From Calditrichota bacterium (GTDB taxonomy: Bacteria; Calditrichota; Calditrichia; JAJRVZ01): DNA of 49,127 bases. Shown here piece after piece: positions 1 to 8,995 of this stretch. The notes below the pieces were generated by a model. It worked only from the letters and a program-made list of their open reading frames with translations, did no database searches and was not told where the DNA came from. Made by a program: the position numbers and the translations under genes. Every line of letters begins with the position of its first letter. The stretch's first letter is position 1. Where the stretch lies: the NCBI GenBank assembly GCA_024277055.1, contig JAJRVZ010000063.1:1-49127 (forward strand). Reading direction: 5' to 3'.

Positions 1-823
1 CCGCCTTGATATCCAGAGCCATTAATGCGATCAGCAAAGCATCGGTGCCGGAAGATACCCCTACCGCGTATTTGGTTTTTGAATAGTTTGCGACATTTTT
101 TTCCAGTTCGGAAACATGAGGACCCATTATAAAATACTGCGAATCCATTACTTCTTTTACAACCGGTTCGATTTCAGCTTTTAATGAACGGTACTGGGCT
201 TTCAGATCGAGCAACGGTACGGATGTTATTTTTTCCGAAACGTTCGCCGGAATTATTTCACTCCCGGATTTTTGCTTATACCTGCTTCCGCAGGCGTCAC
301 AACGGGCATCCCCTTTTTTATCGAACCGCAGCCGAATTCCGCACTGACACATCCAGCCGACTATTCGTGCCGGATTGCCGACTACCAGCGCGTAATCCGG
401 CACATCTTTGGTCACTACCGCACCGGCCCCGATAAATGCATACTCGCCGATGGTGTGACCGCACACGATTACAGCATTAGCCCCAACCGAACTGCCCTTT
501 TTCATCAGTGTCCGTTCGTATTGGTCGCGGCGGATTACATGACTGCGCGGATTGGAAACATTGGTGAATACCATCGACGGCCCCAGGAAAACATCGTCTT
601 CACAGACTACTCCGGTATAAACGGAGACGTTGTTCTGTATTTTAACATTTTTTCCCAGTTTAACATACGGTGATATAACAACATTCTGGCCGATATTGCA
701 GTTTTCGCCGATCTCGCTGTTTTGCATAATATGGGAAAAATGCCAGATTTTTGTACCTTTTCCGATTTTACACGGTTTATCGACAAAGCTGGATTTGTGT
801 ACAAAATAATCATTTTTATCCAT
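1..823 (-). CDS. Hexapeptide-repeat sugar N-acetyltransferase (WbpD/WlbB-like) fused in frame to a DegT/DnrJ/EryC1-type PLP aminotransferase. The 3' end runs off the window.
   Basis: My own minus-strand translation from ATG 823 reads [48 protein letters not shown]... (left-handed beta-helix repeats). It continues ...[127 protein letters not shown]. There is no in-frame stop down to position 1. The ORF track misses it because it is open at the window edge. Confidence 0.75.
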   Translation of the reverse strand, partial: MDKNDYFVHKSSFVDKPCKIGKGTKIWHFSHIMQNSEIGENCNIGQNVVISPYVKLGKNVKIQNNVSVYTGVVCEDDVFLGPSMVFTNVSNPRSHVIRRDQYERTLMKKGSSVGANAVIVCGHTIGEYAFIGAGAVVTKDVPDYALVVGNPARIVGWMCQCGIRLRFDKKGDARCDACGSRYKQKSGSEIIPANVSEKITSVPLLDLKAQYRSLKAEIEPVVKEVMDSQYFIMGPHVSELEKNVANYSKTKYAVGVSSGTDALLIALMALDIKA

Positions 824-852
824 AAGTAATTTCCTGAATTATATCTGTTTAA

Positions 853-1776
853 TCATTCATCGGTTTCTTTCACCGAATAGGATTCTTTTTCATCCCGAAT
901 GTTGGTAATCATTTCACCGATCAGCCCGATAGAGAACGACTGCATTCCGACGATGATCAGCAGGATCCCGAGAAACAGCAACGGCCTGTTCCCGATTCCG
1001 TGTCCCTGGAACCATAATACGGTTAAATAAAGTGAGATGGCAAAACCCAGAAAAAATGAAACAATACCGAGTAATCCAAAAAGGTGAAGCGGTTTCTGCC
1101 GGTAACGGGTAATAAAAAGGACGGTCAAGAGATCGAGGAAGCCGTGCAGAAACCGTTCGAGACCGAATTTTGTAACACCAAATTTACGCGGGTGATGTTG
1201 TACTACTATTTCTCCAACCTTAAATCCGCGCCAGTGAGCCAGCACCGGCAGGTAACGGTGCAATTCGCCATATACGGGTATCTCTTTTATCACATCCCTG
1301 CGGTAGGCTTTGAGTCCGCAATTGAAATCATGGATTTTTATACCCGTGAGTAATGCCGTTGCCTTATTGAACAATTTGGAAGGAATGGTTTTGCCGAGGG
1401 GATCAAAACGCTTTTTTTTCCAGCCTGAAACCAGGTCGTAGCCGCTGTTGATCTTGTTAATCAGGTTCGGAATTTCCGCAGGGTCATCCTGAAGGTCGGC
1501 ATCCATGGTGATTACGATTTCGCCTTTTGCCATTTTAAAACCTTCGGAAAGCGCAGCGCTTTTACCATAGTTTTTTCTGAAGCTCAGAATGCGGACGGCG
1601 GAATATTTTTCTTTGAGGCTTTTTAATACCTGTTCGGAATTATCACTACTGCCATCGTTAATAAAGCAGATCTCAAATTGAAGGTTCAGATCGGAGACGG
1701 CGGCAAGAATTTGCTCCGTTAACTCCTCCAACGATTCCTCTTCGTTATACAATGGAATTACGATCGAAAGGTCCAT
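853..1776 (-). CDS. Family-2 glycosyltransferase of the polyprenyl-phosphate sugar transferase type (ArnC/GtrB/DPM1-like)
   Basis: 307-aa ORF with IVIPLYNEEESL, FINDGSSDNS and TMDADLQDDP (DxD) motifs. Two C-terminal TM helices are typical of this subfamily. Confidence 0.85.
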   Translation of the reverse strand: MDLSIVIPLYNEEESLEELTEQILAAVSDLNLQFEICFINDGSSDNSEQVLKSLKEKYSAVRILSFRKNYGKSAALSEGFKMAKGEIVITMDADLQDDPAEIPNLINKINSGYDLVSGWKKKRFDPLGKTIPSKLFNKATALLTGIKIHDFNCGLKAYRRDVIKEIPVYGELHRYLPVLAHWRGFKVGEIVVQHHPRKFGVTKFGLERFLHGFLDLLTVLFITRYRQKPLHLFGLLGIVSFFLGFAISLYLTVLWFQGHGIGNRPLLFLGILLIIVGMQSFSIGLIGEMITNIRDEKESYSVKETDE

Positions 1777-1788
1777 GAATCTCCCGGT

Positions 1789-2565
1789 TCAATTGGCAGC
1801 ACCCGCCTGCAGATTCAATTGCTCCACCCCGTCGGGGATCTCTATATTGAATACTTCAGGATCAAGTGGCTGATTGATTTGCGTTTCAACATAGTAAATG
1901 GCAACTCCCTGCTTTTCCACCGGACGAACGACTTTTATTTTCCTCGGAAAATAAATATCCCCCTGGCGCTGAAACTCGCTGTAATTACACCGCAATGTTT
2001 CGGTATCTCCCTGCCGGTAAACAATTTCGGAAACCCGTCCGCTTTTCGGGTCGATACGGATATCATAAGTAGTTGCCATGTCCGTAGCTTTTATATAAAA
2101 CTGATCATCTACGATCCGGTATGCTTCGATTTTCATATCACCGAATCTTACGGTAGCGGTGAAAATATCAATTAGTTCGGATAATTTCAAAGGGAACTGT
2201 AAAAAAAAGCGATCTGAAAAATCATTTACCTCACCGCTCATGAACTGATTACTGAAGCGGTTGAGAAACACGAAGCGGGATTTGCCGATGAAAAGAGACC
2301 CGGCCTGAAGTACAAACGGTCCCTTTACGGTAATACGCAAGGAATCATGTTTCCGGTAACAGACGCCGGCAAAGAAATTTCCGTTAAAATCTTCCGATTC
2401 GACGGAAATTCGGGCTTTTCCGGTAAGAGAGTGTAATTTGTTCTGGTCTGATATGATGGAATCAAGCAGTTCCCGGAAAGGTACTTTTTCAGTATCAGCT
2501 ACAAATCGGGGAGCACTACAGGCCGCCAGCAGCAGTACAAACAGTAGAAAGCTGTGCTTAATCAT
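1789..2565 (-). CDS. Lipoprotein, DUF4292/LolB-like (tentative family)
   Basis: 258-aa ORF with a lipobox signal (FVLLLAAC/S). It abuts the TPR gene (2565/2566), an arrangement I recall for DUF4292 genes in FCB-group genomes. The family assignment is from memory only. Confidence 0.45.
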   Translation of the reverse strand: MIKHSFLLFVLLLAACSAPRFVADTEKVPFRELLDSIISDQNKLHSLTGKARISVESEDFNGNFFAGVCYRKHDSLRITVKGPFVLQAGSLFIGKSRFVFLNRFSNQFMSGEVNDFSDRFFLQFPLKLSELIDIFTATVRFGDMKIEAYRIVDDQFYIKATDMATTYDIRIDPKSGRVSEIVYRQGDTETLRCNYSEFQRQGDIYFPRKIKVVRPVEKQGVAIYYVETQINQPLDPEVFNIEIPDGVEQLNLQAGAAN

Positions 2566-4341
2566 TCAGTTTTGTTCCAACTTATGTTTCAGCGCCTCAT
2601 TGCTGCTGTCTTTCCTGAGCGCTTCACGCCAGTATTTGCGTGCCGAATCCAGATCGCCCATTTTCCAGTACACATCCCCAAGATGCTCCGTGACCACGGC
2701 GCTGTCAGGCCGCTTTTCCAATGATTTTTGAATATACTTACGGGCCGGTTCGTATTGTCCCATCCGGAAATATACCCAACCCACCGTATCGAGATATGCG
2801 CCGTTATCCGGCTGCAGTTCTATCGCTTTCAGCGCCATTTGCAGGGCGTATTCCAGACGTATACCGCGATCCGCAAGGCTGTAACTGTAGTTGTTTAAAA
2901 ACAGGTCATTGTTGGGAAAGGCCTGCAACGCATTTTCATAAAGGCTGTCACTGGCGCTGTACATTTTCAGTTCATCGTAAATCAGGCCGAGATTACTGAT
3001 CGCGGTCAGGTTTTTGCTGTCCAGTTCCAGTGCTTTGCGAAAGGGGGTAATAGCATCACGGCTGCGTCCCAGCCTGCTGAGGGAAAGCCCGTAAGGCAAC
3101 AAGGCGGTCAGATTTTCAGGATCAATGCTCAGGGCCTTTTCGAGAACGGGAATAGCCTCTTCATCTTTCCCCTGCCGGCCGAGCGTGAGGCCGTAATAGG
3201 AAAGAATGTACGGATCCTCGGGCAGGTGCTTCAACGCGTGACGGTAATTTTCGGCGGCCTTGTTCAGGCTGTCCATATCCGAATAAACAAAGCCGAGAAA
3301 AAGCCAGCCAATGCGGTTTTTTTCATCCTTCTCGACAATTTGTTTAAAATAGTTCCCGGCCATATTCAAATTTTCTTCTTCCATCTCAATTCTACCCAGC
3401 AGTTCGTAAACCTGCCATGGAACGTTTTTGTTTTCCAGTACCGGGGTAAGCAGACTTCTGGCCCGCCGGGCATCCTGCTCACTCATTGCGGCCTCGGCCA
3501 AACCGATGCGCGGAATGACAAGGTCCGGGTTCAATGAATGCAGCGGTTCGAAAACGGCTTTCAATTCATCCCATTTATTTTGCCGGCGGAACAGCACGAG
3601 AATTCGCTCCGCAGCGTTTTCGAATTCGGGATTTACACTCAACGATTTTTTATAGGCTTCGATCGCAGCATCCGTGTCCGCTTTCATCTCGAGAATCATT
3701 CCGTAATTGTACCACATACCCGCATTGGTCGAATCAGATTTCAGGTGTGCCTTATACATGGAAAGTGCTTCATCGATCTGGCCGTTTTGAAGCAACAAAC
3801 GCGAGGCCTTTTGCACCAGTCCCTCATCGTTGCCGTAAAGATCAATGAGGCGGTTGTACTGCTGTGCGAGACCCACATAGTTGCTGGTTTTGCGGTACAG
3901 AAGAATAAGCAGATTTCGGGAATTATCATCCAGCGGGTCGGCTTTAAGAACTTTTTCAAGATAAAGGATCGCCGTGTCATCCTGATTCAGGCGATAATAG
4001 CAATCGGCCATCAGACGATAGGTTTCGGTTTTGTCGGGCGCATATTTTTCCGCCTTTTTTAAGTACTGAAGCGCACTTTCGTAACGGCCGAGGGTCATAT
4101 GATTTTCTGCAATGCGGTTGTATATGGTATGAGCCGTGCTGTCATAAAGCAGGGCCTGGTAAAACTCGATCAAAGCTTTTTCGGGCTGGTTATCGAGCTG
4201 ATAAAACATACCTTGCGTAAAATGATCGCGGGCTTTTTGAACTTTGTCTTTCGCCACCGGCGCCTCCCCGACTGTTTGTTTTCGTGAAGCACAACCGGTT
4301 GCCAGAAGAATGATGAAGAATAAAGTGATATAATTTTTCAT
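2566..4341 (-). CDS. TPR-repeat lipoprotein
   Basis: 591-aa ORF with lipoprotein signal IILLATGC/AS. It has many 34-aa repeats with the A/Y/L pattern (for example ALQYLKKAEKYAPD and ALELDSKNLTAISNLGLIY). Confidence 0.8.
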   Translation of the reverse strand: MKNYITLFFIILLATGCASRKQTVGEAPVAKDKVQKARDHFTQGMFYQLDNQPEKALIEFYQALLYDSTAHTIYNRIAENHMTLGRYESALQYLKKAEKYAPDKTETYRLMADCYYRLNQDDTAILYLEKVLKADPLDDNSRNLLILLYRKTSNYVGLAQQYNRLIDLYGNDEGLVQKASRLLLQNGQIDEALSMYKAHLKSDSTNAGMWYNYGMILEMKADTDAAIEAYKKSLSVNPEFENAAERILVLFRRQNKWDELKAVFEPLHSLNPDLVIPRIGLAEAAMSEQDARRARSLLTPVLENKNVPWQVYELLGRIEMEEENLNMAGNYFKQIVEKDEKNRIGWLFLGFVYSDMDSLNKAAENYRHALKHLPEDPYILSYYGLTLGRQGKDEEAIPVLEKALSIDPENLTALLPYGLSLSRLGRSRDAITPFRKALELDSKNLTAISNLGLIYDELKMYSASDSLYENALQAFPNNDLFLNNYSYSLADRGIRLEYALQMALKAIELQPDNGAYLDTVGWVYFRMGQYEPARKYIQKSLEKRPDSAVVTEHLGDVYWKMGDLDSARKYWREALRKDSSNEALKHKLEQN

Positions 4342-4477
4342 AGTTTATTTCAAAATAAAAAAGGCAATTTACGAAGCCGTAAAAATAATCTCAAGCCTTT
4401 CAAATATCTTGTTCCTTCTTATTGCTTTAAATCCGGCTTTTTTTTAAGTTTTCCAACTAGTTACAAAACTTTTTCGA

Positions 4478-4506
4478 CATTTGAAAAGTACAATGGTTTT
4501 CAAATG
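4478..4506. promoter_or_regulatory. Perfect 10-bp inverted repeat CATTTGAAAA-N9-TTTTCAAATG, about 50 nt upstream of the PBP1A start
   Basis: Read directly from the sequence. The arms are 4478-4487 and 4497-4506. It could be an operator or a 5'-UTR hairpin. Confidence 0.3.
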
Positions 4507-4556
4507 CCAAATTTTAATCGTTTGTATTATTACAGGATAATTTAGTTCCATAAATT

Positions 4557-6719
4557 ATGAAAAGAAGAAGAAGAGGAAGCTCGACCACAATTCGTTTTCA
4601 GGTACACCCCGAGAAAACTTCATCCTTCAACGATTCATTCGTCGGTGACTCCAAAAACAACAAACCCGGAAAACGACGGGCATTTCCGATTACCATTGCC
4701 GTGATATTCCTTGCGGTTATTGCCTACCTGTTTTATCTTGGTCAGGATCTGCCGCCGCTCACCAAGCTGGAACGTATAGATCCTGCGCTGGCATCACACG
4801 TCTATTCGGAAGACGGTGAGATTATTAAAAGTTTCTATACCTTCAATAGAACCAATACACCCTTCAATAAAATCCCGGAACATGTTATACAGGCCCTGCT
4901 GGCGACAGAAGACCGCCGCTTTTTTGATCATTGGGGTTTTAACATTCTGGGAATGCTTCGTGCGCTGATGGTTGATATCGCGCATATGGAAATAGTACAG
5001 GGCAGCAGTACGCTTACCATGCAGCTGGCACGCAACCTGTTTTTCGACCGCAAACAAACGATTGCACGAAAGTTGAAGGAAACACTGGCCGCCATTCAGA
5101 TCGAGCGTACCTATTCGAAAAAAGAAATAATTGAAATGTACCTGAATATCAACTTTTTCGGGAGCGGTGCCTTTGGCATTCAATCGGCGGCACGACGCTT
5201 TTTCTCGAAAGATGTTGATGAACTGACCATTGAAGAGGGAGCCCTGCTGATCGGCGTATTGCAGGGGCAAACGCTGCATAACCCGCTGCGCAATCCGCAA
5301 CGGGCCTTCGACCGCAGAAATATCGTACTCAATTCAATGTATGATGTCGGCTACCTGACAAAGGAAGAGGTGGACAGCCTCAAACAGATACCGTTAAATT
5401 TGAATCCATCCAGCAATGCCAGCCAGATAGCTCCCTATTTCACGGAATACGTACGCTTACAACTGAACAAACTTCAGGATTCTCTGAATGTTAATGTTTA
5501 CGAGGATGGTCTGCGTATTTACACGACGCTGAACACGGAAATCCAGAAATACATGGAAAAGGCCATTACGGAAGAAATGCCGCGCTTGCAGGAGCGGGTT
5601 CTTCAGCAAAAAGCTTTTGATAAAATGCGCGAAGAATTATCCGATTCGGTTTTTCAGAAAGTTACAACCGTACAGCTGGCGTTCGTCTGTGTCGATCCAC
5701 ATAACGGACACATACTGGCAATGGTCGGAGGGCGGGATTTCGGCGAATCGAAATGGAACCGGGTGACTCAAATGGCGCGGCAGCCGGGATCAGCGTTTAA
5801 GGCTTTCCTCTACACCGCGGCAATGGATAACGGGTACAATCCTTCTGATGTATTCTTAAACCAGCCGGTTGTTGTTATCAACCCCGACGGTACACGCTGG
5901 ACACCTTCCAATTATAATGAATCGGTATCCGGCCTGATGTCCCTGCGCGACGCCATTGCACGATCGAAAAACCTGGTCGCCATCCGCCTCATTCAGGAGA
6001 TCGGACCGCGGGTGGTTGCCGACTATGCGCATCGCATGGGTATCACCACGCAACTAAGGCCGTTTCCGACCCTGGCGCTTGGTTCCTCGGAAGTAATCCC
6101 GCTGGAACTGGTCTCGGCGTACGGTATTTTTGCAAATAACGGTGTGCTGGTCAAACCGGTCTCCATTTTAAAAATCGAAGACAAAACCGGGAACGTAATT
6201 TACCGTGCCCGCCCGGAACGGCGTGAAGTGTTATCCAAGGAAACAACGGCTATCATGAACGATCTGTTGCAGGGTGTCATTAATCGTGGTACGGGATATG
6301 CCGTCCGCAGGGATTATAAATTTTACCAGCCGGCAGGAGGTAAAACCGGGACTACGAACGACTATACCGATGCCTGGTTTGTCGGGTTCACTCCGCATCT
6401 GGTTGCCGGAGTCTGGGTCGGTTTTGACGACCACAGTCTGACCCTGGGCAACGGCATGGCCGGTTCCGTTGCCGCGCTTCCGTTCTGGGGTAATTTCATG
6501 AAAACCGTTTACGATTCCCTTGATTTTCCGGCATCGAGTTTTGCCACGGCGGCCAATCTTGTTAAACTGAAGATCTGTTCCGAAACAAAAAAGCTGATAA
6601 CACCCTATTGTCCGAAGCCGATTGAAGAATTGTTTAATCCGAAATACCAGCCGACGGAAACATGCGATAAACATAAAGGACCGGAAAGTTTTCGCAAACG
6701 CAGGCGTCGTTCGTTTTAA
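4557..6719 (+). CDS. mrcA: Class A penicillin-binding protein (PBP1A: GT51 transglycosylase plus transpeptidase)
   Basis: 720-aa ORF with an N-terminal TM anchor. GT51 motifs are ATEDRRFFDHWGF and GSSTLTMQLARN. Transpeptidase motifs are SAFK (SxxK), SKN (SxN) and KTGTT. Confidence 0.9.
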   Translation: MKRRRRGSSTTIRFQVHPEKTSSFNDSFVGDSKNNKPGKRRAFPITIAVIFLAVIAYLFYLGQDLPPLTKLERIDPALASHVYSEDGEIIKSFYTFNRTNTPFNKIPEHVIQALLATEDRRFFDHWGFNILGMLRALMVDIAHMEIVQGSSTLTMQLARNLFFDRKQTIARKLKETLAAIQIERTYSKKEIIEMYLNINFFGSGAFGIQSAARRFFSKDVDELTIEEGALLIGVLQGQTLHNPLRNPQRAFDRRNIVLNSMYDVGYLTKEEVDSLKQIPLNLNPSSNASQIAPYFTEYVRLQLNKLQDSLNVNVYEDGLRIYTTLNTEIQKYMEKAITEEMPRLQERVLQQKAFDKMREELSDSVFQKVTTVQLAFVCVDPHNGHILAMVGGRDFGESKWNRVTQMARQPGSAFKAFLYTAAMDNGYNPSDVFLNQPVVVINPDGTRWTPSNYNESVSGLMSLRDAIARSKNLVAIRLIQEIGPRVVADYAHRMGITTQLRPFPTLALGSSEVIPLELVSAYGIFANNGVLVKPVSILKIEDKTGNVIYRARPERREVLSKETTAIMNDLLQGVINRGTGYAVRRDYKFYQPAGGKTGTTNDYTDAWFVGFTPHLVAGVWVGFDDHSLTLGNGMAGSVAALPFWGNFMKTVYDSLDFPASSFATAANLVKLKICSETKKLITPYCPKPIEELFNPKYQPTETCDKHKGPESFRKRRRRSF

Positions 6720-7898
6720 TTAAGGTTTGCGCAACCAGACCAGAGGATTTACGGTTTTCTGACCGGCATAAATTTCAAGATGCAGTTTTGAACCTTCCAG
6801 CGATCCTGAGTCGCCAACCAGCCCGACGGTTTGTCCGATTTTCAGGAAATCGTCTCTTTTAACCAGCACTTCGTCAAGATGTGAATAGACCGAGTAATAG
6901 CCGTTCCCGTGATCAAGAATAACCGTGTTCCCGTAGCCGCTCAGATAGGTAATCATGCTGACCAGACCGGAGAAAACAGCCCGAACATGCGTACCGGATT
7001 CCGCCCGGATATCGATTCCCGGATTAATCGTGTAAGTTTTTAAAATTCGGTTTTTCTTTTTACCGTAAGTGTTTATGACTTTTCCCCTGACCGGCCATGG
7101 TAATTTACCCCTGGCCGCCTTGAAATTATCAAACTTAAGGGCAAGATCGGGACGCACGAGTTCTCTCTGCTCACGCTGCCGGCGCTGTTCTTCGAGGCCG
7201 GCAATGATTTTGACAAGTTTTTCGTATTGCTTCCGGATTTCGTTCAGCTGTTTTTTATAGGCTTGTTTGTTCCAGGTCAGTTTTTTCACCAGTGCCTGTT
7301 TTTCATCTTTCAGCGCGGCTATCCGGTTTTGCTCTTCATCTTTCTGTTTCAGGGTTTGTCGTTGTTCTTTCAGTGAACCGTTCAATGCCCTTTCAAGCGC
7401 GGTTATCTTTTTGATTTTTCCCTTTATTTTTCTTACGGTCCGCGCTTCCTGATCTGCAAAGTACTTCATGTATTTATAGCGAACAAGCGCCTGGTTGAAT
7501 GATTCCGATTCCAGTAACAGACGCAGATTGTTTATTTTCCCGAACTTGTAATTAACAACAGAACGCTCCGCGTATCTGAGACGCAGAATTTTCAGTGCCT
7601 CCCGGTTCTCTTTTATTTGCCTGCTGGTTATATTGATTTTTCTCGTCAGCAACTGGATGCTTTCATTGAGAATCCTCCGGCTTTTCGTCAGGAGAGATAC
7701 TTGTTCATCCAGATGTTTCATCTGCTCCAGAGTGGATGTTTTTCTGATATCGGTTGCGCGTATTTTCGATTGCAGTCTATCCATTTCATTACGGATTTCA
7801 GACAGACGACTGCGGTTACTTTGAATCTGTCGATCCAGGTTTTGCTGTGCAACGAGCATTGAATTGGTCAGTAAAAACAGAAACAGAAAAAATCTCAT
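6720..7898 (-). CDS. Coiled-coil M23/LytM peptidase, EnvC-like murein hydrolase activator
   Basis: 392-aa ORF with a signal peptide and about 240 aa of heptad-rich Q/K/E sequence. The C-terminal LytM domain shows GIDIRAESGTHVRAV, YGNTVILDHGNGYYSVYSHL and HLEIY. Confidence 0.8.
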   Translation of the reverse strand: MRFFLFLFLLTNSMLVAQQNLDRQIQSNRSRLSEIRNEMDRLQSKIRATDIRKTSTLEQMKHLDEQVSLLTKSRRILNESIQLLTRKINITSRQIKENREALKILRLRYAERSVVNYKFGKINNLRLLLESESFNQALVRYKYMKYFADQEARTVRKIKGKIKKITALERALNGSLKEQRQTLKQKDEEQNRIAALKDEKQALVKKLTWNKQAYKKQLNEIRKQYEKLVKIIAGLEEQRRQREQRELVRPDLALKFDNFKAARGKLPWPVRGKVINTYGKKKNRILKTYTINPGIDIRAESGTHVRAVFSGLVSMITYLSGYGNTVILDHGNGYYSVYSHLDEVLVKRDDFLKIGQTVGLVGDSGSLEGSKLHLEIYAGQKTVNPLVWLRKP

Positions 7899-8713
7899 AT
7901 TTCGATCCCAAACTGAACTTCATGTGAAACACCCAAAACCGAATGCACCTGCAGTGCATAATCGAAGATAAACCGATTCCACACACTGCCGATTCCGAAA
8001 GAATACCGGCCGGGCGTGTCATCGATACCGAACCGTGCTTCGAGAAAGGGATACAATTTATAACTTACACCTGCCCGAAACGTTTCGGTGAAGCGGATGT
8101 CCCTGAATAAAGAAGAAGTTATGGAGAGGTTATCGGTTATCGCGTAATGAATGCCGAGACTGAAGCTTTGCGGCAGGTCTTCCTCCGATCTGCCAATTGC
8201 CGGTCGATTCAGGTTGGAAACCATCGCCCCCGCAGAAAGTTGCGGAGAGATGCGGTATAAAATACCCAGATGAATTCCCACGGCCGAAGCGGATCCATAA
8301 TGATCAATCTGCAGCTGATAGAATTCGGTTTCGATACCGATATAAAATTCATCCGTTACTTTTCTTGCAACGGCAACCCGTAACCGATATTCAGCGTAAA
8401 GCTCATTCCCGAAGCGTGAAACGGCGGCAGCAACGGGCAAAGAAAACAAATTGCTGTTGGAACACATGGATATTAGCGAAATACCGGGCAATCCATAAAA
8501 ATTGCGATAGGAAAAATGCAGGGAATTGTTCCCTGAAATTGCGGCAGGATTCAGGTAAATTGCAAACGAAGAGCCGTATTCGCCGACAAGTGAATTGGAC
8601 AGCGCAAGCGAGCGTGCCCCGGCCGGCACGGTTTCAAATGCTGCTTCAACCGGAGAAATATAGCCGAACAGCAAAAAAAGTAATATGAAAGCGTTTTGAT
8701 TAACGACTTGCTT
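7895..8713 (-). CDS. Outer-membrane beta-barrel protein (PorV/PorQ-like; the family is a guess)
   Basis: The ORF is 7895..8752, and I prefer the ATG at 8713 (MKQVVNQNAFILLFLLFGYISPVEA signal). AGARSLALSNSLVGEYGSSFAIYLNPAAI resembles the GARxxxMGGA...NPA motif of that family. The sequence has an alternating beta-strand pattern and ends in an aromatic-rich strand. A 4-nt overlap with the EnvC-like gene suggests an operon. Confidence 0.45.
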   Translation of the reverse strand, partial: KQVVNQNAFILLFLLFGYISPVEAAFETVPAGARSLALSNSLVGEYGSSFAIYLNPAAISGNNSLHFSYRNFYGLPGISLISMCSNSNLFSLPVAAAVSRFGNELYAEYRLRVAVARKVTDEFYIGIETEFYQLQIDHYGSASAVGIHLGILYRISPQLSAGAMVSNLNRPAIGRSEEDLPQSFSLGIHYAITDNLSITSSLFRDIRFTETFRAGVSYKLYPFLEARFGIDDTPGRYSFGIGSVWNRFIFDYALQVHSVLGVSHEVQFGIEI

Positions 8714-8809
8714 CATCGAAAATAATTTAGGCCAATCTGTAACAAATTCCAACCGGTTTTGTTATTTAACCGGATCAATTTATTTTAAAATCACTTCAAA
8801 TTCATCAAT

Positions 8810-8847
8810 GCACCTTCTGCGGGATAATCCGGCAGAAACTGCTTTTT
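8810..8847 (+). terminator. Intrinsic-terminator-like hairpin plus T5 with no upstream plus-strand gene
   Basis: Sequence GCAccTTCTGCgGGAtaaTCCgGCAGAAacTGC followed by TTTTT. The pairing was worked out by hand: 12 bp, one G.G mismatch and one 2x2 internal loop. Confidence 0.4.
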
Positions 8848-8995
8848 AGATGGTTAATTTGTGAGGATAGAAATCCGGGCGACAGTAATCGGGTATAAAA
8901 AAAACAGTAAAAAAGCCGCGAGTTTCATAAATTAGGGTTGTAAAATGAAGATCAACGGGGAATATTAACCCGGTAAAAAATCTTAAAAAAACGGA

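Noticed and set aside
6717-6722. The convergent PBP1A and EnvC-like genes have abutting stops (TAATTA) and no terminator. The convergent genes at 48778-48793 overlap by 16 nt.
   Set aside because: Tail-to-tail abutment or overlap is common in compact genomes. There is nothing further to interpret from the sequence.
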